A DNA stretch of 64,000 nucleotides from an uncultured bacterium (GTDB taxonomy: Bacteria; Verrucomicrobiota; Verrucomicrobiia; Verrucomicrobiales; DEV007): the NCBI GenBank assembly GCA_963977015.1, contig CAXBMO010000006.1, forward strand, positions 1 through 64,000, given 5' to 3'. The notes below the pieces were generated by a model, which saw only the letters and a program-made list of their open reading frames with translations, did not search any database and had not been told where the DNA came from. Shown here one piece after another: positions 31,201 through 39,625 of this stretch. The number at the start of each line of letters is the position of its first letter. Positions within the stretch are counted from its first letter, which is position 1. The translations under genes were made by a program, and so were the position numbers.

Positions 31201-34200
31201 GTTCGTCGGCCAGATTCGATTCGACGCCGGGTTGACGGACACCACCATCAAGTTGCGGACCACCAGCGCGGATGACGCGAACCGGTTGCGAATCGACCTG
31301 GACCAGGACGGAGTCTTTGAGAACATCGGCGACAACGGCGACGAAGATCCCTACAACAGTGACCGCGGCGGCACATACACCACTGGAGATCTCACGATTG
31401 CGGCGGGAGAGATTTACCAGGTGATGATTCAAGGCCGGGAAGGTGGCGGAGGCTCGCGTTTGCAGCCCGAAATCGAGGTCAATGGAACGTGGCACCGCTT
31501 TGACATCAACGCCGATCCGGGAGTGACGGGGTTTGAGTTCGGAACCTTTGGAATTCCGGAGAACACGGTGACGAAGCAAGGTGGAGGAACGCTGACCCTC
31601 AATGGAAGCAGCACGTTGGATAGCACCTTCGAGATTCTGGCAGGAACGGTCCTGGCCGGAAATAGCGCTGCATTGGGCACATCCGGTGCGGGCAAAGGCA
31701 CCACCGTGGCCCGTGGCGCCACCCTGGGGTATCGCAACATCAGCACGGCGACGAACGAATCGATTCAATTCGACGACGTCACCTTCACCGCGGATTCCCT
31801 GACCGCGACGAGCCTGGATTTGACGGCGACGGGGGCCCAGGAACTGACGGTCGCCAATGCCAGTGGGGTTGGCGGCACGGTGGAAATGATGTTTGATCTG
31901 GCCGGTTCGATCATTCCCGGGCTGGCCGATCAGATTGACCTGCAATTGGATGACGCCACCACCCAGTCCGTGAATGCTGACACGGTGGTGAACCAAACCG
32001 TCAGCTTTGCCGCGGAGACCTTGCAGAACGGGGTCTATGATCTCGCCACACCGCCGGTGGCGTCCACCTTCATCTGGCAAGGCGATGATGGCGCTTCGCC
32101 CACCGCTTGGAATGTCGCTGAGAACTGGGCTGGCGGCGTTGTTCCGGGCACGAACGACATTGCCATCTTCAATGACGCGGATTCCACCGGCACGACGATT
32201 GATTTGAGCACCGCAGGGCCCGTCGGCGGGGTTCGCTTTGAAAACGACGCCGACACCATCACCTTCACCAACGGCACGTTAACCACGGACATCATCGAGC
32301 ATGTGGGAGGCGGCACGACCACATTCGACGCGACTTCGACGATTACCTCGAGCGCGTTTTCCGGCGTGGTCAGCGATGGCCGGTTGGAGTTCGAAGGCGT
32401 GAACCAGAACATCAGTGCGGGGCAGTGGACCCTGACGGGCGGCACGTTGGCGGTCAGCGTCAACGGTTCGGATAGCAGTCTGGGTGACGGAGCGGTGAAC
32501 GTGGAAGCAGCCGGGGGCGAGCTGGAGATGAACGGCATCGTGACGGAACCCCTGAATGTGCTGAGTCACTACGGGTTTCACATCAACAACGACAGCCTGG
32601 CGATGGATCTGAACAACAACGGGGGCATGGTCGGCGGCGATGCCACGGGGAAAATCGCGCCCCACACCTTTCAATCCTTTCACGGACTGTCGCTCCTGAC
32701 GGATGGCCCGGGCAACCGCGGGCTCGACTTCAACAGTGACGGAGAGTTCACGGCGACGGGTTCGATTGGCCAAAACGACAACTACTCGAACCTGTTCATT
32801 GGTTACCTCACCGTTCCCACCGGAGAAGGAGGTGATTGGCAATTCCAGCGCGTCGCGGACGATGACCGCATGGGGATTTGGTTCGATATCGACCAGGACG
32901 GTGTTTTTGAGTCGACCACTTCCGGGTTGGGCTCGAATCGCGGCGAACAATTGCAGTGGGACGGTGACAGCGGAGCCAAAACCGTCAACCTGACCGAGGG
33001 AGAATCTTACCTCTTTGCGGTAACGCATCGGGAAGGCGGCGGTGGTTCTCAGGTTCACGTCAATTTCAAGACGCCGAACGGATCGATGACCACGATCAAG
33101 CCGGGAGACGCCGCTCAAACCGGGATTTGGAGCGGGCTTCCGCAATCGTCCGGGGCAACTCTGGGCAACACGATCAATGTCAGTGAAGATTCGACCCTAA
33201 CCGTCAACACGGATGCGGAGATCACGATCGCGGATCTCAACATCACCCAGGCGGGGCGCGATTTGTCGTTTGGGACGGACTCCAATGGCAAACTGGTCGT
33301 CGATGGCGCGATTGACATCGTCGGCGACAGCGCGTTCCACGGGGTGAACGGAGGCATTTTGGAATCTCAGGGGATCGCGGCGTCCAACCCCGACTACGAT
33401 CTGCTCGTGGATGGTGCCGGGGTCTTGATCCTGAGCGGGGATTCCAATCACACCGGCCGAATCGACGTGAAAGGCGATGCGACGCTGGAACTTCAGACTT
33501 CGGGCGGATTCGGAACCAGCGATTCGACCGCGGCGACGGGAACGTTCGTGACGGAGAACGGATCACTCCGGCTTCGCGGCGTAACCGTGGATCGGAGCGA
33601 GCATGTGGAACTTTCGAGCAACGGAAACGTGGCTTCCGAAGGTGGGTTGCATCACGCTGGTGGGGCGGGCAACACCACGATCGGCACGAACATCATCCTA
33701 AGTGGCGATGCGACGATTCGCGCATCCGGCGGAGACCAGTTGAACCTCAATGCGGGAGTCGACATGGGCGGCAACACGTTGACGCTGGACGCCGAGACCT
33801 ACATCGGGATCAGCAGTCAGCCCATTTCCGGTTCCGGCGAAGTGGTTGCGACCGGTGGAAACGAAGTAAGGATCAATAGCAGCGCCGCCAATACCTACAC
33901 GGGCGGAACCACGATCACCGGCAACACCCAGATCCGCGCCTACGGAAATTCCGCCGTTGGAACTGGAGACGTGACGGTGGAGAGCGGAAGCACCCTCATC
34001 ATTCAGAATTCGGTCGTCCTCGCCAACAACTTCACCATTTCCGGCAACGGCAGAAACGATGCCGGGGCGATTCTCAGCGAGAACCAGTTCAACGAAATCA
34101 CCGGCAATGTGACCTTCGCCGGCAATACGCGGATCGATGTGACCGGACCGCAGTTAACGATCTCGGGGGTGGTGTCTGGCAGCGGGAATCTGCAAAAAGA

Positions 34201-37200
34201 AGACGCCGGAAATCTGGTCTTCGCCAACCCGGCGAGCGGATTTACCGGTTCAACCACGATCAATGCCGGTCAGGTGATCATCACCAGTGCCGCGGGAGCC
34301 GGCACGGGCAACCTGACGCTGAACAACGGCACAACGCTCGGGCTGGAGGGAACCTTCGACTACGACGTGGGGAACGCGATCGTGAACAACGGCGGGTTCA
34401 ACAACATCAGCGGCACTTCGGCGTTAACCGGGACCCTGTCGGTGGGCGGCTCGAACGTGATCTTTGCTTCCGACGCGGGCTTGCTGGACGTGCAGGCCAC
34501 GATCGACCTTGCACCGTCCAGCGCGGTCACGTTTGCGGGCGAAGGCGATGTGGAGATGCAGAACAGCTTCGGCAACGGAACGGAATTGGCCAGCGTTTCC
34601 AACGCACTCAGCCACTTCGGATTCCTGGGGAGCGCCGACAGCTTTCTCGATCTGGGCAACAACGGCGGAATGTTTGCCGGAGGCGATCCTCTGAGCCTGG
34701 CAAACGCGACCGGCGTGACGCTCCTGACCGACGGACCTGGCGGGCGCGGCCTTGATTTCGACAACAATTCGGATTTCCAGAACGATGGGCCGATTCCCGC
34801 GGGGCAGAACAGCAACTACTCGAATTTGATCATTGGCACCCTTCACGTGGATGCCGCGAACGCGGGTGATTGGACGTTTGACTCCGACTCCAAGGACGAC
34901 CGGATCGGGATCTGGCTGGATCTCGACCAGGACGGAATTTTTGAGTCGAGCAGCGCCGGGCTGGGATCGAATCGGGGCGAACAGATCAATTGGAACGGCA
35001 CGGGCGCCTTTACCCTGACATTGAACGAAGGCGATTATCTCTTTGCCGTGACCCACCGGCAGGGGAGCGGTGGATCGACGCTGGACATGCACGTGACGAC
35101 CCCGACTCTGGCGAAAACGGAGATTAAACCTTCCGATGCCGCGCAAGCCGAGTTCTGGAGTTCCTACGCCGCTCCGGTCAGCAACGCGGTTAACAAATTC
35201 GGGAACGGCACGGTCACGCTTCACTCCGCGAACCAGCAAAGCGAAACCAACGTTTATGGAGGAACCGTGCTGGTTTCGGATTCGGGCGCCTTGGGAAGCA
35301 CTTCGGCAGCGGTAACTCTCGATGGCGGTTCCATCGTTCTGGACGGCAGCGGCATGGTGGTGCAGAAGGACGAGATTGCGATCAATGCGGTCGGCGATAC
35401 TTCGGTTGGCGGCGCGATTTCCAACACGGGCGGAGACAACACGCTGGAAGTGACCACGATCGTCGCGGGAGAAGGCACAACGGGCCGACTCGGGATTGGA
35501 TCGGCTGCGGGAACGCTGACGATTCAAGCTGCGGGTGGCGCGGCGACCGATTTCGATCTTGGCTTCGCGAGCCTGCAACTTGGCGGCGAGGGCGATGTCC
35601 TTTTGAACGCGGATATCACCGAGCAGGCTCCCGGTTCAACCGGAATTGCGGGCACGGTAACGGCGTATCTGTTTAGCGGCAACGATACCGACTTGCCGGG
35701 TGACGGCTCACAGATCGCCCAGACCACGTTGACCGTGGACGATGGTCCGCTCTACTACGATTCGCAGGAAGACATGATGGCGCGACTCTTTCCCAGCGAG
35801 CTTCCTGGAATCGGAAATGCCGGCAATCCGGTCGATCCGCAGAACTTTGCCATCACGATTGTTGGCGATCTCACCCTCGATGCGGGCGTGACGGACTTGC
35901 AGGTTCGTGCCGCTCTCGATCCAGATGACGCGAACCGGTTCCGGCTTGATTCCAACCAGAACGGCGTGTTTGAAAATGGCAGCTCGGAGACCAGCACCGA
36001 GAGCGGAAATACCTTTACGCACACCGGCTTCACCGGGTTGGCTGGAGGTGAAACCTACCAGTTTGCGATGCAGGTGCGCGAAGGTGGCGGCAGTGTGAGG
36101 ATGGGGTTCGAATTCAGCACGGATGGCGGCACCACCTGGCATCAATTTGAGATCGGGGCAGGCAATGGATTGACCATCGGCACCCCGGTCGAAGCGACGA
36201 ACGAGCTGGTCAAGACCGGTGCAGGCACGGCCACGTTGTTGGGAGACAATTCCGGGTTGGACAGTGAAATTGCCATCCATCAGGGCACGCTGGTCGCGAC
36301 GAACGATCAATCGCTCGGTCATGGCGACACGATCCGGATTTTTGACGGCGGCACGCTGGGGCTGGATGATCGGGGAAGCGGAACGCCGGTCGATGTTGCC
36401 CAGAATATCGAGATTCAGCATATCGGGGCGGCGGCGAACTCGATGGCCGCGGACCTACGCAACCTCGGCGGAGACAACACCGTTTCCGGAGACATCTCGT
36501 TGTTTGGCCGTCCGGATCTGGGCGAGCTTGGCTTCAGCTCCGGTAGCTTTTCCGATTCTGCGGACCTGGATTTCACGGGAGAATTCGTGGAAGCGGTGAA
36601 TCTTGCGGGACCGGCCGTGGTGGTTGGTGAGGCGGCCTTCGCAGACTCCTCGCCGAACGTCAAGTTGAGCAGCTCTTGGACGCTTTCCTCGATCAGCAAC
36701 TGGGGAAATTCCGACGCCAATCTGGACGGCGGCGATGGCGGAGTGGGCGGCGGCGCGGAAGGAGCCTTGGAAACGGTTCTCAAGGACGTGCAGGTTGGCG
36801 GGTTGAATCCCAGTAACCTGACCCTGGACGTCAGCAACCTGCAGGAAGGGCAGGCCTACAAACTTCAGCTTCTCTTCATGGATGACAACAGCAACACGCG
36901 AAGCTTTAACGTGGTGCAGGATGGGTCCGTTCTGGCGGAGGATTTCAATGTGCGGACGAATACGAACACCACTGGCCGAGTCGTGACCAACACCTTTATT
37001 GCGACCGGAACCACCACGCAGATTGTGCTCGAAGGCATTGGAGTGCCTTCCAACGGTGATCACAATCCGATCATCAATGGCATGACCCTGGAACTCGTCT
37101 CCACCGCCGAGCAGGCTGGTGAGCTGCGTTTCGCCAGCGATACGGGCACCGTCACCGTGAGCGGCGCTTTCGACCTGACGACGAACAATTCGGATTCGCT

Positions 37201-39625
37201 GGCGATCGAGGTGGAGGGGGCTGGAAACGTTGCGGTGAGCGGCACGATCGACGATGGCGCGGCAGGCGTCGCGCTTACCAAAACAGGGAGCGGCAAACTC
37301 TCTCTCGAGGGGGCGAATACCTTTGCCGGCGGCACGAACGTGAACGGTGGCACCTTGGAAGCCAACAACGCCAGCGGCTCGGCGACCGGCACCGGCAATC
37401 TCGACGTGACAGGCGGAATGCTGAGCGGAACTGGGAACGTGACCGGAAACGTCACCGTGACCGGCGGAACGGTGGATCCCGGAGTGACGACCGGTGATCT
37501 GGGCGTGGGACGATTGGTGCTGGATGCGACCACGACCTTTGCGGCACAGATCAGCGGAACCATTTCCGGGGACGGCGCAGGAACCTTCGATCAACTCGAT
37601 GTGACCGGCGAAGTCTTCCTGCGCGACGCCGTCTTGGATCTCAGTTTGAACGGTTACGCGCCAACCGTGGGTGACCGGCTGAAACTCATCGATAATGATG
37701 GGGCCGACTCGATCTTTCTCACCTTCAATGGATTGCCCGAGGGGGCCGAGTTTGTCGCCGACGGCGTGAAGTTTGCCATCAGCTACGCCGGCGGAGATGG
37801 CAACGACGTGGTGCTGACCGTGCGTCCGCCCTCCCAGGTTTACATTGACGACAGCTTCGCGGCGGCGGGATCGATCGTGGATGGGGATTTGGAGACGGCG
37901 GCGCCCGCGCTGGAAAACGCCATCGTCGGTTACAACGCGTTCTCCAGTATTGGAGCTTCGCTGGGTTCGTTGGATCCCGCAGCGCCGGCCACGATCACGG
38001 TCAACGGTGGCAACTATGGCGGCGCGGTCAATTTGACGAGTTTCCCGAACGATATCGTTCTCCGTTTCGTGCAGGGAGACACCACCCTGGGTTCGCTGAC
38101 CGCTGGCCCGAACGACACGATTTCGCTCGGCGGACACGATGGGAACCACCCCGCTGCGGTGAATCTGACCCTGAGCGGACCGGGAACCAGCACGATCGAC
38201 GCGGATATTTCCGGGAGTGGTAGTCTGACTCAGACCGGCGGCACCGTGTTGCTCAACGGCAACAACTCCTACTCCGGCCCCACAACGATCGATGGAGGTG
38301 TTTTGGGCGGAACCGGGAACGTACCCGGAGATTTGACGGTCAATGTCGGAGGCACGGTTGATCCGGGATCCGTCGGCGGAACCGGCACGCTCAATGTTGA
38401 TGGAAACCTAAACCAGAACGGCGGCGCGATTCAATTGGATGTCGATGACACGGTTGGCGACTTGCTGGTGGTGACCGGAACGTTGACCCTTGGCGGCGAG
38501 TTGGTGCCGAAGGTGATCGCTGGTCCGGCTCCCGGAAGTTCTCTTGTCATGATCCAGGCTGGCGCAATCACCGGTCAGTTCGCTACTCCCTGGGAGGATG
38601 GCGCGGTCAACCCGGTGGGGAGCGTCCAGATCACCACGATTTATCCCGGGACGGAACTCGAGTTTGCGTTCGAAGCCGGCCCCATGGCGCCAGGTGGGGA
38701 GACACCGGCGGATCCGGGAGCTTCAGGAGAAACGCCCCCGCTAATTCTAGACGGAGAAACCGTGGCGAACTCTGAAATCATTGCCGAAGAGCTGGCACCC
38801 GAAGATCTTGTCGGGGATGCGACCGAGGCACTCAACATTCTGGGAGCCTTGTTCAATGATTTGTATCTCCGTCCGATCGGCGACGATTCCGGGTTCGAAG
38901 AAGGAGAGGGAAGCTTTGGGGGAACCACTGACGATCCGGCCTTGGAGCTGGAGGTCGTCTCAATCGAAGACGGACAGGATTTTGATGGACTGGGCCTCTA
39001 CATCAATCTTCCGGAAGAGGCGGACGGTTTCATCTTCGTCCACTATGACCCGGCCGCTCCGGAAACGTTGAACTTCCAACTGCGAGGTGAAGCCAACCAA
39101 AATTTGAGTGTGGAAGAGGCCTACAACCTGCTGCTCCATCCCGGCTACTTCCGCAGCATTTTCCAGGTTGAAGAGGAGAACGACGATCCGTTGGTGAATC
39201 CTGTCAATCCGGGGCCGGAGGGCAACGAAAGCTCGGGGGACGAGTCGGCCGAGGTTCAACTAACCGGGCTCTTGGAAAACTTCCAGCTGCAGAGTGAACC
39301 CGTGATTTTTGCCGGGCTCGAAGTTCCATCCGATGCTTCTGAAGTTCCCGAGGCAACGATTTCGGGCGTGGCCCGTTCGGGAGAACGCGTGATCCTGGTT
39401 CTGAAAGATGAAGCCGCTTCGGAAATTGGCCGGGAGACGGCGGAGGCGAATCAGGATGGTCATTGGTCGGTGGTGGTCGATCGTTCGCAGGTCGTCGAAT
39501 TGGAGGTTCAATCGAGCCAGGGCAGCCATACGTATCTGGTTGATACGGAAACGCTCAACGCCGCGATCGATAATCTCGAAACCGAACCGGGAACGATGCT
39601 TGGACAGATCGTCGATGCAGTTTAG
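25271..39625 (+). CDS. Giant (4784 aa) surface/adhesin-like protein: LEPR-XLL motif, HExxH zincin-like domain, LamG-like domain, passenger-associated beta-strand repeats, six PA14-like inserts, C-terminal Ig-like domain
   Basis: LETLEPRILYS; HEQGHVLGL; LRLWLDGSD...AEVIIFDRAL; repeated LTKTG/KxGxGTxxL; repeated DD..REGGGGS PA14 motifs; one uninterrupted ORF. Confidence 0.9.
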   Translation: MSKRSKPTKRLHGNRRTGSRKLAEGKLLLETLEPRILYSGSPVPEAAPEPDDSTPEPAHVAPASLAPASSEVLLTPASDPTAAETPAPAVDEASEDPAVSGDEPGSESVAADPDLTTEVVQTVAEAAADRWAASGLSTEQTEALNQITYEIADLADGRLAKVHGFSITIDDDAGGQSWFIDQTPEDDSEFVSEIPAPEARDRLDLLTVLIHEQGHVLGLTDFTGGNSSDNVMDAYLKVGERNLPTANQAEGATPGSLQGERFMSGTPLTGATGPGGLAGAVPADLRLWLDGSDLDADGVVDALADGTVITEWLDKSGQGNDADGVIGTPFVIASGPGGQQSVGFSSAGGTDQLFTSYNFDNLGADYTMFAVSGYTGGDNERLITSKTRNWLFGHHGNRDERWYAEGWIHSTGTANSTDTNIYSGIIGPSVNGNAGDPGADFWVNGSQLTDNDAGSNNTNYKPGALALGAYTSGGESSNAQVAEVIIFDRALNDAERIIVQNYLNAKYEIDIGGEDFYDGALGYDIDLMGVGSASSNIAGEVLVNGGAGLGIAVDALGDGEFALAAHDGGVGRTSIGVPSGLETRWNREWYIDVTAAGTDGQLVFDFSDAGETLTAESRFSLLKSTDDGTTFTALTTVEIGDPGISGDTITFDIAAADLTDGIYTLGTAASLPLVSPSDSGLNYVSGGPAVVLDPGLVVSDFDSPNFASATVTVQGATDDVLNFTDQNGITGSYAGGVLTLTGDASVADYQAAVRSVTYEKAAGSGTRTIEFTFTDPDSNVGTGTRALSVQAPGEALRFIWDGDSDSDGDGSSFADGNNWAEGSAPGVHDAIVLQNADPGPIDLGGATITVAELVLENDQDFQIINGTLNVGKIITTGSGTTQIDAQFSSTGDQTLDSGTLVLTNQNNTIAGNWTVAAGGTLQVSSSESSDALGDAALIMDGGTLNLDTSPGSIPALIHRGYHLSDNNVESLLATTPDGEALLTDGPGNRGLDFNNDADFIGSGAIGQSDNFTNLWTGTLNAQNDPGDYVFRINSRDDNAYIFVDVNGDGLDQGDLTNNNNQSTNVTVSNLTGPTEIAVIHREGGGGSHVDIQIQSPSMSGRESIKPTSPNQAGLWTSTQDLGRLDNAVTVVSASTIAVASAASSPKVTLTNLTIADGVTLTTDGGGGQLITEGSTLEGAVNIASENGEMVFRGARDGAGTGTMTVTTGKVRMDEANAYTGLTTVESGATLIVSGTGTAGTADGSEAQGTVVRDGGTLTLGTTFADFVVLEGEINGAGTLAGDVRLEDAATIQSIANFYVEGQIDTNGHALTLDVIGQMELQNGGGITGSGNLTKTGTSQLVSETTAVNAFTGDLNIAAGTWEAQADDGLGAAGGSTTISGSGLLDLRNSITLSDDITVTRSGVAIRSETGDNTLAGVVTFTADPTIQVNGGTSITIPQAIQGNRTLTKTQTGILILQSDNQLANFDLAGGTVRISTLNGLGSTTTVDIDNGETLEFDGDHTFNSGTTLNTVNVNSGWISSSSGTTTLESTFSINLDFFGSIGFGGEGNLNVETTFGNGITTFTTGLDHYGYHINNDNLALNLDGNGGMLNGGNPTGFTNFNGATLLVNGPDDRGLDFNNDNDFILSGAISQSDSYSNLWIGYLTADESGTWQLRNGGNDDRAGIWIDTDQSGTFVSTSSGLGDNRGEQLAWENTGAKSVDLIAGQSYLVAFTHREGGGGSSVDFRFKSPSGTETIINPGDPAQAGLWSPYLLTGAQNDLIKAGNGTVSLSVGNTFNGSVTIEDGTLVAAHDGALGISDDGTDVDEITIRPGGTLALDGGITIGDHETTIHAGGTGASGQAGALTALSGANVLMGDIVADVVGSTIFGLGAEAGATLTLEGGDGDSFDLGVYALLVDGGGDVVVNADLSGTGGSGEQNLGYVTGYLFTGNDMDLPDDSSQIASKLFVADEVYFSDESASINFWGEDLTSYGTDNWAQSFVGQIRFDAGLTDTTIKLRTTSADDANRLRIDLDQDGVFENIGDNGDEDPYNSDRGGTYTTGDLTIAAGEIYQVMIQGREGGGGSRLQPEIEVNGTWHRFDINADPGVTGFEFGTFGIPENTVTKQGGGTLTLNGSSTLDSTFEILAGTVLAGNSAALGTSGAGKGTTVARGATLGYRNISTATNESIQFDDVTFTADSLTATSLDLTATGAQELTVANASGVGGTVEMMFDLAGSIIPGLADQIDLQLDDATTQSVNADTVVNQTVSFAAETLQNGVYDLATPPVASTFIWQGDDGASPTAWNVAENWAGGVVPGTNDIAIFNDADSTGTTIDLSTAGPVGGVRFENDADTITFTNGTLTTDIIEHVGGGTTTFDATSTITSSAFSGVVSDGRLEFEGVNQNISAGQWTLTGGTLAVSVNGSDSSLGDGAVNVEAAGGELEMNGIVTEPLNVLSHYGFHINNDSLAMDLNNNGGMVGGDATGKIAPHTFQSFHGLSLLTDGPGNRGLDFNSDGEFTATGSIGQNDNYSNLFIGYLTVPTGEGGDWQFQRVADDDRMGIWFDIDQDGVFESTTSGLGSNRGEQLQWDGDSGAKTVNLTEGESYLFAVTHREGGGGSQVHVNFKTPNGSMTTIKPGDAAQTGIWSGLPQSSGATLGNTINVSEDSTLTVNTDAEITIADLNITQAGRDLSFGTDSNGKLVVDGAIDIVGDSAFHGVNGGILESQGIAASNPDYDLLVDGAGVLILSGDSNHTGRIDVKGDATLELQTSGGFGTSDSTAATGTFVTENGSLRLRGVTVDRSEHVELSSNGNVASEGGLHHAGGAGNTTIGTNIILSGDATIRASGGDQLNLNAGVDMGGNTLTLDAETYIGISSQPISGSGEVVATGGNEVRINSSAANTYTGGTTITGNTQIRAYGNSAVGTGDVTVESGSTLIIQNSVVLANNFTISGNGRNDAGAILSENQFNEITGNVTFAGNTRIDVTGPQLTISGVVSGSGNLQKEDAGNLVFANPASGFTGSTTINAGQVIITSAAGAGTGNLTLNNGTTLGLEGTFDYDVGNAIVNNGGFNNISGTSALTGTLSVGGSNVIFASDAGLLDVQATIDLAPSSAVTFAGEGDVEMQNSFGNGTELASVSNALSHFGFLGSADSFLDLGNNGGMFAGGDPLSLANATGVTLLTDGPGGRGLDFDNNSDFQNDGPIPAGQNSNYSNLIIGTLHVDAANAGDWTFDSDSKDDRIGIWLDLDQDGIFESSSAGLGSNRGEQINWNGTGAFTLTLNEGDYLFAVTHRQGSGGSTLDMHVTTPTLAKTEIKPSDAAQAEFWSSYAAPVSNAVNKFGNGTVTLHSANQQSETNVYGGTVLVSDSGALGSTSAAVTLDGGSIVLDGSGMVVQKDEIAINAVGDTSVGGAISNTGGDNTLEVTTIVAGEGTTGRLGIGSAAGTLTIQAAGGAATDFDLGFASLQLGGEGDVLLNADITEQAPGSTGIAGTVTAYLFSGNDTDLPGDGSQIAQTTLTVDDGPLYYDSQEDMMARLFPSELPGIGNAGNPVDPQNFAITIVGDLTLDAGVTDLQVRAALDPDDANRFRLDSNQNGVFENGSSETSTESGNTFTHTGFTGLAGGETYQFAMQVREGGGSVRMGFEFSTDGGTTWHQFEIGAGNGLTIGTPVEATNELVKTGAGTATLLGDNSGLDSEIAIHQGTLVATNDQSLGHGDTIRIFDGGTLGLDDRGSGTPVDVAQNIEIQHIGAAANSMAADLRNLGGDNTVSGDISLFGRPDLGELGFSSGSFSDSADLDFTGEFVEAVNLAGPAVVVGEAAFADSSPNVKLSSSWTLSSISNWGNSDANLDGGDGGVGGGAEGALETVLKDVQVGGLNPSNLTLDVSNLQEGQAYKLQLLFMDDNSNTRSFNVVQDGSVLAEDFNVRTNTNTTGRVVTNTFIATGTTTQIVLEGIGVPSNGDHNPIINGMTLELVSTAEQAGELRFASDTGTVTVSGAFDLTTNNSDSLAIEVEGAGNVAVSGTIDDGAAGVALTKTGSGKLSLEGANTFAGGTNVNGGTLEANNASGSATGTGNLDVTGGMLSGTGNVTGNVTVTGGTVDPGVTTGDLGVGRLVLDATTTFAAQISGTISGDGAGTFDQLDVTGEVFLRDAVLDLSLNGYAPTVGDRLKLIDNDGADSIFLTFNGLPEGAEFVADGVKFAISYAGGDGNDVVLTVRPPSQVYIDDSFAAAGSIVDGDLETAAPALENAIVGYNAFSSIGASLGSLDPAAPATITVNGGNYGGAVNLTSFPNDIVLRFVQGDTTLGSLTAGPNDTISLGGHDGNHPAAVNLTLSGPGTSTIDADISGSGSLTQTGGTVLLNGNNSYSGPTTIDGGVLGGTGNVPGDLTVNVGGTVDPGSVGGTGTLNVDGNLNQNGGAIQLDVDDTVGDLLVVTGTLTLGGELVPKVIAGPAPGSSLVMIQAGAITGQFATPWEDGAVNPVGSVQITTIYPGTELEFAFEAGPMAPGGETPADPGASGETPPLILDGETVANSEIIAEELAPEDLVGDATEALNILGALFNDLYLRPIGDDSGFEEGEGSFGGTTDDPALELEVVSIEDGQDFDGLGLYINLPEEADGFIFVHYDPAAPETLNFQLRGEANQNLSVEEAYNLLLHPGYFRSIFQVEEENDDPLVNPVNPGPEGNESSGDESAEVQLTGLLENFQLQSEPVIFAGLEVPSDASEVPEATISGVARSGERVILVLKDEAASEIGRETAEANQDGHWSVVVDRSQVVELEVQSSQGSHTYLVDTETLNAAIDNLETEPGTMLGQIVDAV

